A stretch of 63,939 nt of DNA, counting the filler, from Thraustochytrium aureum (Eukaryota): assembly GCA_012862495.1 (NCBI GenBank). It is 5 parts of 4 records of this genome, joined end to end, with 100 filler letters (N's around TTAATTAATTAA, not from the genome) between each part and the next. Parts side by side here need not be neighbours in the genome. Positions count along the whole stretch, not along the records: positions 1 to 25,493 come from BLSG01000245.1; 4 more parts are not named here. The stretch is one strand, 5' to 3'. Both the position numbers and the translations under genes were made by a program. Below, piece by piece: positions 1-10,721 of this stretch. Position 1 is the first letter of the stretch, and every line of letters begins with the position of its first letter. The notes under the pieces were generated by a model. The model ran no database searches and was not told the origin of the DNA. It saw only the letters and a list, made by a program, of their open reading frames with translations.

Positions 1-863
1 TGCGGCTTGCCAGCGAGACAGGCGATCGGCACCAGGACGCTCGCAGCGGGCAGGGCTTGCGCCAACGCGAATTCAAAAAAAAACAAGTTAAGAAAAGAAG
101 AAGAAAAAGAGAACCAAAATGTCTCCTCTATTCCTCCACTCTCCAATCCACTTACGTACGGCTCCACAATATAGCGGGCTCCATCACTACCCCAACCCAG
201 CTGCCCCTCTATTTAGAAAACAACTTTGCAAAAGGCTAATAAAAATACGTTAAGAGGGTCCAAGGACGCATATTCCTTTATTCCTTGCCTTGTTTTGCTT
301 TTGATTTGTTTTGGCCAATTGACTTGCGGCAAGGAGACCGCTCGGCGCTGCCCACGAGAAGAGCTGACTTGGCCTTCTCAAGGACCCGGCAGCGCGCCGA
401 AAGGCTCCGAGGACGTACGCATGTGCACCGGGGGCGCGTCGGGAGGGCTGAGCCACGGCGGCATCAGAACAGAATTCAGCTTCCGCAAAGCATTGTCGTG
501 CTCCGTAACGCGCTCCGTCCCCGCAATACCATAGATAGAGGGATTCCGTTGCTGCAAACCTAACAGAATGTCACACGAGGGCAGAACAGANNNNNNNNNN
601 NNNNNNNNNNNNNNNNNNNNNNNNNNNNNNNNNNNNNNNNNNNNNNNNNNNNNNNNNNNNNNNNNNNNNNNNNNNNNNNNNNNNNNNNNNNNNNNNNNNN
701 NNNNNNNNNNNNNNNNNNNNNNNNNNNTTTCGGGCCGCGTCTCGGTCGCGACCTGCTGCTGCTGCTCGACGCGATCGCCGTCGGCATTGTCGTCGTCTTC
801 GGGTTTGTCCTGCAGTTGATTGATCGGCTTTTGCTGCGCGTGCGCGTTGGTCGTGCGCGCAGG

Positions 864-2539
864 ATGGGCGACGCCGCGTTCAAGGTCCAAGCCAAGATCC
901 GCGAGAATGCCCAGGTGATACAGGTGAGTCGCGGAGGCGCAGGCGACGGGCTGGACTGCATGGCGTGTAGCTGATGAGGCTGGCGGAGGGAGAGTGTCTA
1001 GGAGTTTAGCAGCGACTTGCTCAAGTGGGAAAGCGCGATCAAGGCCAAGGACAGCAGGCTTCGCGAGCACAAAGTCGGCAAGGCTGCGGCTGCCCCGCCT
1101 GCCGTGCGCAGCGCGGGCGAGGGCGGCGACGGGCATGTCGTCAGAATCGGGCAGCCGCCAGCCAAGGTGAGCGCCGCTGACCACACTTACGACAAGGGCT
1201 ATGGCAAGTGGGACAAGTTTGACGTCGACTCTGCCCTGGAAGCAGTAGACGCAGCGTCCCAGAGCCCAGCGCAGGACGCCCCTGCCCCGGCGCGGAGCGC
1301 TGTGCCGTTGACGCCTGCATCCATTGTCGAGCCCTTTGTCCCGCGCGTTGCGGACGCCTCTGCCAGCGCTGGGGCGCTCTTCCCGGAGGCCACGCCGCAG
1401 GTCGTAAAGCCGCGCGACGTGCTGGAGCGCGAGCGCGGCAACGACTATTACAAGAAAGGCAATATGGAGCAAGCCGTCAAGTTTTACACGCGCGCCATCG
1501 GGTTCAACCCGAAGAGCGTGGCCGCCTACTCGAACCGAGCCATGGCGTTGCTGAAGATGAACGACTTTGCCGGCGCCGACGCGGACTGCTGCAGCGCGCT
1601 TGCGCTCGACCCGGGCCACGTCAAGTCCCTCATGCGGCGCGGCACTGCTCGCAACGCGCTCGGCCGCCATCGCGCCGCCTTTCTGGACTTTAGCGCGATC
1701 CGGGAGCTCGAGCCCACGAACAAACAAGCTGCCGCGCAGTGCGCCAAGACGCGCGAACTCATCAAGTCGAGCGCGCGCAAGGCGCCCAAGCGCACGGTGC
1801 CAGTTGTAGGACTTGAGCGCGTGGACGTTGGTGCAAAAGAAAACGCTGGGCCGTCCGAGGGCAACGCCGGGCCGCAGGCTGCGGCGGCAGCGCAGGCCGC
1901 GTGCCCGGACGCGCTGCCTGGCGGCGAGGCTGGAGCCGCGCCTGTAGCGCCTGCCGCTATGGAGCAAATCCCAGCTACTGCTGCGCCCCCTGCTAGCGAG
2001 CTGGCCGAGGCCGGCCCCGCGGGCGGGCGCACGACCGCGGACCAGCAGCCCAAGTTGGACGCAGCGCACGACGACGCGAGTCAGCAGCGCGCTTCCGACG
2101 CGGCAGCTGCGGCCGTGCCTCTGCTCGCAGAAACAGCGCGGCACGGGCTGCGCAGCTGCCAAAGTCGATGTTTGAGTTTGAGCGCGTCTGGAGGGAGCTC
2201 AGAGAGCAGCAGCCGCACCGGTACACGTTGCTCGTCAAGACGATGGGGCCCGCAGGCCTGCTCAAGGTCTTTGCGAGGGCAGCACCCGAGGCGGACACGC
2301 TCGTGGAGATGGTAGAGGCGATGCGCGCGGGGCTCTTCGATCGCCAGGCAGCGCCAACGGACGCCAACGCTTCTGAGCAAGTCGCTGCTGTGCTCGCGGC
2401 GCTGTCAAAGGTTTCGGGAATAAACATGACGCTCATGTTTCTTTCTTCCGCGGACAAGGAGAGCATACGTGACCTGATCGGGGCACTGGGGATCCACGGC
2501 GCGGGACTCGCGGAGGCGCTCAAGGTCGCCACGTTTTAA
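864..2539 (+). CDS. RPAP3: RNA polymerase II-associated protein 3 (R2TP co-chaperone; TPR + RPAP3 C-terminal domain); intron 924-1001; apparent frameshift near 2140
   Basis: Exon 1 (864-923) MGDAAFKVQAKIRENAQVIQ splices via GTGAGT...TAG to EFSSDLLKWESAIKAKD, which resembles the RPAP3 N-terminus. Also YGKWDKFDVD, TPRs (ERGNDYYKKG, AYSNRAMALLKM, VKSLMRRGTAR), and C-terminal PKSMFEFERVWR...MTLMFLS in a shifted frame. Confidence 0.88.
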
Positions 2540-2907
2540 GCGGATCGTTGGCCGTCGGCTCTCTGCCGGACAGACTTGTCAGCAAGCTCTCGCTCGCGGT
2601 TTAGAAAGAGTACCCAGAGGTCGGAGCGCCCAGAGGTGGAGCTCGCTGAGCTCCAGAGGTCTCTCTGGAGCTCTACTAGCTAGCTAGAAAGGAACGCTGC
2701 GCCAAGGGGGGACCCGGCGCGCAGGCAAAGCGCAAAACATAGATCTGAAGGTTCTGTACTGTATGTACTCGCCAGCCGATGCGGCTTGCCAAGACGCTGT
2801 GCTTTTCAGGATCGCAAGAGGTGCAGTCGCGCCGCCCGCAGTCTCGCGAGGCTCCGGGTACTCTTCCCTTCCCGGCGAAAGCCACACTCAGCTCCGGGAA
2901 AACGTAA

Positions 2908-3568
2908 TCAGGGCTGCGCAACTGGAACGGCCGGCAAGCCGTACTCGTCCTTGTCGGCAGCGCCCTGCACAGCAGACGTGGGCGCGGACGGGAGGTTGCT
3001 GGTCTTGAGGTAGTCGGCCTCGTCCTCGCCTTCCATCTCATTGAGGTCAAGGTCGTCGAGCGCAGCGAGCTCTGCGTCGAGGTCGTCCTCGTCCACGTCC
3101 AGCTCGGTGCCCAGGGCTCGGCTCATGACCTCCATGACCTCCTCGTGGTCCTCGTACGTTTCGGCGATGTCGTCGTAGAGCTCTTCGATCTTGTCAACGT
3201 CGATCTTCTTCATCTGCTGCTTGACCACCTTGGCCCGAGGCCTTCATCGCCGTGACAGTGTCGTGCGTGTCCCTCATCGACTCGACCATGAAGGCCTGCT
3301 GGTCGATGTTGAACTGCGTCGACTGCACCTGGCCGAGCTGCTTTTCGTACATCTTCTTTCGCTTGAGAATGTCGAGCGCCTTCTTCTTCAGCGCAGCCGC
3401 GGCGGGACCCTTCGCGCCCTGCAGCTTCTTCTTCACCAACAAGAGCTCCTTGTCCAGCTTGGCCACCTTGCCCTCAATCGTATCCCCGCGCCCTTCCAGC
3501 CGTTTGCTCGCATCGTCCAGCGTCGGCGGGGGCGCCGTGGCCTTCTTCTTGCCCACAAACCTGTGCAT
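2908..3568 (-). CDS. CHMP5: ESCRT-III Snf7-family protein CHMP5/Vps60; apparent frameshift near 3235
   Basis: MHRFVGKKK-APPPTLDDA...KKKALDILKRKKMYEKQL...QFNIDQ...TVTAMK, continuing in a second frame KIDVDKIEELYDD...EVMSRALG...DEDDLDAELAAL...KDEYGLP. Confidence 0.9.
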
Positions 3569-4292
3569 CACTCCCGCGGGCCGGCCGCCGGCGCACAACA
3601 ACCCAAGCAATGACGCGCGGCGCAATGCCGAAGCTGCCCTTCAAATACGCAACGCGACACGAGAGGCACCGACCGCACGGCAATTCGCTCCTGCAGCTCC
3701 TGCCCCTGCAGCTCCTCCTCGACGCAGCTCTGCATGCAAGCACTCCATCTGGCACGCTCCTCTTCCCGCGCTGGAAAACCCCCTCGATTTTTCTCGAGCC
3801 AAAGTCTCCTCGGCGTATCCTCTGTGGCCCGCGCCCTNNNNNNNNNNNNNNNNNNNNNNNNNNNNNNNNNNNNNNNNNNNNNNNNNNNNNNNNNNNNNNN
3901 NNNNNNNNNNNNNNNNNNNNNNNNNNNNNNNNNNNNNNNNNNNNNNNNNNNNNNNNNNNNNNNNNNNNNNNNNNNNNNNNNNNNNNNNNNNNNNNNNNNN
4001 NNNNNNNNNNNNNNNNNNNNNNNNNNNNNNNNNNNNNNNNNNNNNNNNNNNNNNNNNNNNNNNNNNNNNNNNNNNNNNNNNNNNNNNNNNNNNNNNNNNN
4101 NNNNNNNNNNNNNNNNNNNNNNNNNNNNNNNNNNNCGTTGCGTTGCTGGAGCACAAGAGCGGTGTCCTTGCCTTGTCTTGTCTTGCCTTGTCTGCCGCGA
4201 GTGCATTGGAGCTGGGATGCCTTTTTTTAAAGGGTTTCGCTGAGCGCCTCGGACGCGTCGCGTCGTTCGCTCGGCGTCGTCCGTGCGGCGAG

Positions 4293-4347
4293 GTTGTTGT
4301 TGTTGTTGTTGTTCATCAAGTTGTAGTTGTTGTTGTTGTTGTTGTTG
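4293..4347. repeat. (GTT)n microsatellite
   Basis: Runs of gttgttgtt, visible directly. Confidence 0.85.
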
Positions 4348-4579
4348 TGCTGGGTTTGTAAAGCTGCGGATAGGCGCGCCCCCGTGCTGCTCATCCCGAT
4401 GCCAAGGCGAACGCCACTCGCAGCTTGCGAAAAAGTCTGTGGAGGGACTGCGCGATTCGCTTCCTCAAGAGGCGCTGCGGCAAGGCGCAGCTCAAGCGCG
4501 GAATGCGGTGGTCGTTCGACCCGGACCGCGCGAGGGCGCGCTGCTCGGGCTCGCCCAAGCGCAAGTGCCGGTAAACTGC

Positions 4580-5391
4580 TTATTCTATGGTGGCAAAGTA
4601 CCGGAGGTCTGTGCGCTCCTTCTTGCGGAGCACGAGCTTGAAGCGCGACAGCGTTGCGAGGCACTCGTTGGCTTGAAGAACCGAGCACCCGCATACCTTG
4701 ACGACGTCCGAGAGAACGGCTCCGTCCTGCTCCGCGAAAGGAAACGTCGTAATTGTGAGCAGTCGAGCCGCAGGCAGTCACGGCAAGGCGAGCCGCGGCC
4801 TGCAGGACAAAAAGAAAAACGTACCGGTTTGCTGTCCACGGTCCGCAGGACCACCTGCAGGCGCGTTCTCTGGTCGTTGTCCTGGTACCGCTTTGGGAGC
4901 TCTCGCGCAATCCCGCGGATAGCCTTCTCCCATTTTGTCGGTCCCGCTTTCGCGGCGCGGCGCTTTGTAGAGCGGCCCTCGCTCGGCTCCGCGCTGGCTC
5001 GCTTGCGCTCGCCGCTGTGTTGTACAGGCGCCAAGTCCCCCGCGGCCGCGGCGCTTGGCACCGCCGTTTGCGGCTGCTTGCTCGCTTCCGATTCCGCTTG
5101 AGCGAGCAAGTTTGGGTGGGCGTTCTCTGCCTCGTCCTTATCGCCTGCGCTGTACGCCGCTCTCAGCAAGCCGAGCGCAACGCTCATGCGTCCTGCGCGA
5201 GCGAGCATCGACAGCGGAGCGCCGAGTTAGCTCGCGCCATATCCAACTCACGCGGCCCGGCCCCGCAACGTACCAAACCCATTGGTCCACACGACGATGC
5301 TATCGTTGGCCTCCCGTATCGCGTCCACGTTCTTCGAGAACACGTTGACCTCAGCCGCCAGCGCGGCAAGCTGCGCCTCGACCGCGTCCAT
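4580..5391 (-). CDS. Three-exon gene (introns 5193-5273, 4727-4824); probable DASH-complex Dam1-like protein with C-terminal winged-helix-like domain
   Basis: Both introns have GTACGT donors and GCAG acceptors (first has GCTAAC branch) and join into one open frame: MDAVEAQLAALAAEVNVFSKNVDAIREANDSIVVWTNGFGRMSVALGLL...ELPKRYQDNDQRTRLQVVLRTVDSKPDGAVLSDVVKVCGCSVLQANECLATLSRFKLVLRKK. The Dam1 call is by recalled motif pattern only. Confidence 0.55.
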
Positions 5392-6104
5392 CACGTCCAC
5401 GCGACCAGACTCAGAATCGCGCCGAGGAGCGCAGGACCGTCGAGTCCAGCAGGCTTCAGAGCGCAGCCGCAGGCCACGACCCAGGCGCGTTGCAGCAGGC
5501 GTCGCGGGCTCGATCGAGTGCGGCCGGCTCGCGGAGGCGCTCGATGCGATGGCTCGAAACAGATCGATCGGCCGCGCACTTTTTCGAAACGAAAGTCGGA
5601 GTTGGGCTTGGACAACCGCCAGAACAGCGAACGCGCCCTAGAGCCGGTAGGTCCGTTGCCGATGTTGTTGCCTACTCTACGTTGTTGCCAATGTTGTTGC
5701 CAGGGCCGAACGAGGCGCCGGCTTGGCTGGACGTCGCACGACCTGCGCCGTGGCGGCTGGTTGCTTGTTGGTCGACGTGGTGGCGATTCCTGTTGGTTTT
5801 CTTTTTGCATCGGATGGCCTGCCCTGGCCGCATGCCAGGGCCGCGGCTGGCTTGAGCAAATGCCCTCACTTGCGAAAACCCCACTGGAAGCGTGTTGAGC
5901 AAGTCGGCTGGTCGCCGCGCCAGAGGCTGGTGCTTGCCTTTGGGTCCGTTAAACAGGTGTGTGGAGGAGGTTCGAACCCCTGTCGCGCTCGCCGTGCGTT
6001 GAAAGCCCTCAGAAGGCCTCGTTTCCTTGCTCTGCACGCAGCAGACTCCAGATGCGCGCCGGCGACAAATCCGGGAGGCCACCCAGCGCGCGTGGCGATC
6101 AACC

Positions 6105-7859
6105 ATGCCAAGAGCCAAAGGACAAATGAGCTCCCTTGGCGCGACCAGCGGGGAAGAGGGACCCAACACGGGCGCGAACCTGGCAACGTCGCAAACGGGT
6201 GACAGGCTCCCGGCGACACCTGGACCTGTGCACTCCCGAATCACGCACGGGGCGATAGCGAAGCACATATTTTTAATGACAGCACAGCAGTGGCCAGCGT
6301 ACCTTTGCTGTGCAGCAGTAATTTGCCTGACATGGCTCGTCAACACTGCGAAAGTGCGTCGCACGGCAAAGCTTGGCGCCTTCCTGCTGCATTTTGCGCT
6401 CTTGGACGCAGTTCACTTCTTCAGCTGGACAAGCCGATTCGAGCCATGGAGGCGCTGCATCCGGTCGTTTCTTGTGATCCCAGTGACATTTTGCGCGTCG
6501 ATACCGCTCTTCTGGTCAGCTTCGAAAAACCCACAATCATTGAGTTGGTTGGTCTACGCAGCCTTCGCCTGGGTGGCCCAGATTTTCGTCACAACGTATT
6601 CGGTCTTTACCCTCGCACCGGGCTCAACTGGCTGGCTCAGGCTTGTCATATCCCTCATGATGAGCATCGCTCTCGCGATCGCGGCAGCTGCAACGGCCAG
6701 CTACGTCCTGGTCGCCCTAGAGTTTGCGGAATGCCTCGATTTACGTCGAAGTGACTGTCTCGGGGTTTGCGTACCCACTGCTCGTTGTGTAAGTCTGCGC
6801 TGGCGGTGCCCGTTGGCGAAAAGTGACTGCTCTAGTCACGCTAACATACCTGATTGACCTCACACGAGTTCGGATCGCGCTCGAACTCGCAGCATGTTCG
6901 GCCGCGTGGTGCTCGTTGACGCGTGTAAGTTTTGTCTCTCGCGGCGCTGGCTCGCCTCTCTTGCACACTGCAGTCTGCAAGCCTTGCCGATTGAAGCACT
7001 CACGAGAGTCCTGCGCGGGCACATCGCAGTTTCGTCGTTTTGCACGGTGTCTTCCCCACCGTCGAGGAACAACTCGCCATCAAATGGCTCGTCCGAAACT
7101 GCAAGGTGGCCTTCTTCTTCGGCGGGCAGCTCGTTATTTTCTGGATCTCTTCCTTTGGGGGCTTCTGCGCTGCTCTCGCCATGTCTATTGCCGCTGACGC
7201 CGCCGGGCTGGCTGTGAAGGCGTCTTTCGCCAAGCGCGTCGACGAGAGAAGGGCTTCATCGCAGCCTCGCTCGCAAGTTAGTTCTGTTCTGGGAAAAGCG
7301 GCTTGCATGCCAAGCTTTCCGGCAGGCTCGGCGTCCGTCGCGCCAGCTCCCGTCAAGACTACCTTGCACCAGTCAGCTGAGCCTCCACAAGTGCAAAGCC
7401 CAGGGAGTCGTCGGGGAATGACGGTCAGTCAATGGCTGAGCCACCTGAAGCACGGCAGCCTCGTGGATAAGCTCAGGTTTCACTACGAGCAAGAAGAGGT
7501 CGCTGAAAAGGCGCTGTGCTTCTCGGTTTGCTTGATCGCGGTGCTTTGGCGAACGCAGATCGGGGGCAAGCCGCTATCCTCTGACCTCGCCGCGCGTGTG
7601 GTCGTGCTTGTCGTAGCGGAGCACATCGAAGACTATATCAAGTAAGTTTGCTCAGCCACGCTGCTGCCGCCACGCGCAGCACAGGCTGACGGTCGATTCG
7701 CGCAGGAATGTGGTATTTTGGTACGTGTCCGAGTCAAGACCATTTCTCGAGGACCATCGCACTGCCAGCGTCAGGGACGGCATGGAGATCGGGACGTTCA
7801 CTGGCATCATGTTGATCTTGTGCCTCGTTCTGCAAGTCGTCACCGGCTTTGAAGTGTAG
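6105..7859 (+). CDS. Orphan multi-pass membrane protein, tandem copy 1 (3 introns; apparent frameshift near 6735)
   Basis: Many hydrophobic helices. Motifs QWPAYLCC, SWTSRFEPWRRC, TLAPGSTG, RNCKVAFFF.GQLVIFWISSF, LVDKLRFHYEQEEVAEK and AEHIEDY are shared with copies 2 and 3, with GTAAGT donors at equivalent positions. Confidence 0.8.
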
Positions 7860-8607
7860 CAAGACCAACAAAACAAGGACAACTGTTCCACGACAGACCT
7901 ACTAATGTGTTTCTTGCCCTTGGCCCTTTGCCTCCATCGCGCTTGGTGGGCCAACCTGTCGACTGATTCGATAGCGAGCTCCGCGAATATCAAAGTAGCG
8001 CGCAGGTGGACGCCGCGTGTCGCCGAGTCACGCGGTGTACAGAGACTAAAAGGCCTCGCCCTTGAAGAGCAAGAGAAAGGGGGAGGCAACGTGCCTGGGC
8101 CAACCCCTCTCGCTACCCGTTCAGCCAAAACAAGTTGACCCTTCACGCGCCGCTTGTTTGTTGAAACGAATGCAGGTCAAGGCGTGAAAGTCTCGCTTGA
8201 GCTCTAGCTAGAGATCCGTTGGAATCGAGGACTTGCCATGCGACCGCCGCGCAGGTGCTTTCGAATCCAGGCGCAACGCGAGTGGACCTTCCTCTACTTC
8301 CTCTACTCGTCACGGCCGAGTCTGGATTGGTCCGTTGGAGTTGCGCGACCGCAGGGATAGCTGCCGCGGAGCTGCCCTGTTAGGAGAGTCTATCACGGTG
8401 TTGGGTTGTCTTGTGACTACGGTCTCAGGACTAGTCGGAATAAACGCATGCGCGTCTCAGTGTCTCAGTGTCGGTGGTGGAGCGAAAGCTCCAAGAGTTC
8501 GGGATGACCTGGGCAAAAGGGCAGCGCGAGTTCGTCAACATGTTTCAGCAGACTCGGAATGCAGAAGCCACAGACTCGGGACCTGTTCAACGCGCGGTCA
8601 GCCCATC

Positions 8608-10340
8608 ATGGACGGGCCCGAAGCGAAATCGAGTGCCCGTGCTGCCACTAGCATGGCTGAAGGGTGTGGTAGAGCCTCCCCAGCCGGAGTGGGATCCAGG
8701 ACCCTTCCGCAAACCCATAGCTGTCAGGGCAGAACGACCGAGCTTGCCGCGTCCACGACCACACATGGCGCCATTGTACGTCACATCTTCAGGATGACGT
8801 TCGTGCAGTGGCCAGCATACCTGTGTTGCGCAGCAGTCATACTTTTAACCTTCCTAGTTGGGGCAGCAAGCGCAAAGGAAAATGCGCGCCTCGGTGCCTA
8901 TCTGACGCTGTTCATGGTTTTTGATACAGCTCATTTTCTCAGTTGGACGAGTCGATTTGAGCCGTGGTGGCGCTGCAGCAAGCTCACTCTCGTCATTCCT
9001 GCAACAGTGTGCGCTTCAATACCGCTTTTCTGGGCCCCTGGCGGAGCCACGTCCATCTCGCTAGAGTGGACGATCTATGCGGCCGTCGCCGCGGTTTCTG
9101 GCATGATCTTCTTGAGCTTTCTGGTGATCAGCCTCGCACCAGGTTCAACAGACTTGCTCAAAATCACCGTTTCGCTCGGGACCGCTTCGCACTCGTGGTC
9201 GCGGCAGTTGCAACGGGCAGCTACATTTTGGTCGCGCTCCAGCTCAGAAACTCGTCGGTTTACGTCGAGGTTATCGTCTCAGGGGTCGGCTATCCATTAC
9301 TAGTGGTGTAAGTCTGCGTTGACGCTCGCGTGGCGCGCTCGTTTAGGCTTGGTGAACTGACAAGACTGTCCCACAGGATGCTTGGGCGCGTGGTGCTCGT
9401 TGACGCCCGTAAGTTTTCCTTGCGCCGACAGCGCGGCGGCGCCGCAAATTCGCACGAATTGCCGTGTCGCTGACGGATAGCGCGCCAACCTCGGGTTGCC
9501 GCAGTTTCGTTCGTCCTGCACCGTCTCTTTCCCACAGCCGAGGAGCAAGTCTTCACCAGCTGGCTTATCCGAAACTGCAAGGTGGCCTTCTTCTTCAGCG
9601 GCCAGCTCGTCATTTTCTGGATATCATCTTTTGGGGGCTTTTGCGTTGCTCTCACCGTATCCATTGCGGCCGATACCGCCGGGCTGGCCGTCAAGGCGAA
9701 TTTGGCCAAGCGCTTGGACGTCAAGAGGATGGCAAGAGGGCGCTCGCCCACGCAACCTACTCTTGCCCAACAGGCCGGGTTGAGTTCGAGTTCGGCGCGC
9801 TCGGCAGCCATCGCCCCAGCCCCAAACGAGAGCTCGTTGTTCCAGGCCCCTGAACCAGCACTATCAAGCCCAAAGAGGCCAAGAATCACTCTTGTTGATT
9901 GGCTGAGACACCTCAAGAGCGGGGGTCTCGTGGACAAGCTTAGGTCGCACTATGAGCAAGAAGAGGCGGCCGAGAAGTCGCTGTGCTTCTCCGTCTGCTT
10001 GGTCGCGGTCCTGTGGCAAATTCAGATTCGGGGCGTACCACCATCCTTTGACCTCGCCGGTCGTGTGGCCGTCCTTGTCGTTGCCGAGCACATCGAAGAC
10101 TATGCCAAGTAAGTTTGCAAGCCTCTGGTTCTTTTGGACTCGACTCGCGCGCAGCCCAAGCTGACGATATGTTCGCGCAGAAACGTGGTGTTTTGCTATG
10201 TGACCGAGTCCCCTCCATTTCTCTTGATCAAAAACCACCATCCTGCCAGCCTTAGAGACGGGGTGGAAGTCAGCACAATCACCGGCATCATGTTGATCCA
10301 GTGTCTCATCCTGCAGCTTGTCACCGGGTTCGAAGCGTAG
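8608..10340 (+). CDS. Orphan multi-pass membrane protein, tandem copy 2 (3 introns; apparent frameshift near 9185)
   Basis: Same motif order and intron positions as copy 1; ends LQLVTGFEA*. Confidence 0.8.
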
Positions 10341-10721
10341 AGTACTCGAGTAGGCCTACCCACCAATACGCGCGTGTGGGCAGGTCAATGAAAAAAAGAA
10401 AGAAGGGAAAACGTATCCGTTGAACCATCCGTTGAACCTCGTCGTCGTCAGAGACATCGCCAACAACATTTCCGCCTAGAGGAGGGCTCCTGAGACCACA
10501 AGGAGAACGACCTGACGGGCCTGCGAACTGATTCCTAGCAGAATTGCTGTCAGGTTTCGCGACTCTGCTCCTGTGCTTTCTTGCCTTCAACGACGACACC
10601 GAGTCGTTCAACTTTTTGGTGTGCGGCTGAACCTCAAAGATCGTGGCAGCAGACCTTATACTCGCGCATTGCATCCGGCTCGTTGACTGTGACAGTCAAC
10701 ACCCACCAAGTGGACGCCGCG

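Noticed and set aside
378..2162. Long minus-strand ORF opposite RPAP3, and similar antisense ORFs elsewhere (e.g. 14779-15876, 17634-18824)
   Set aside because: Shadow ORFs expected opposite GC-rich coding sequence. A small divergent gene near 378-840 cannot be excluded.
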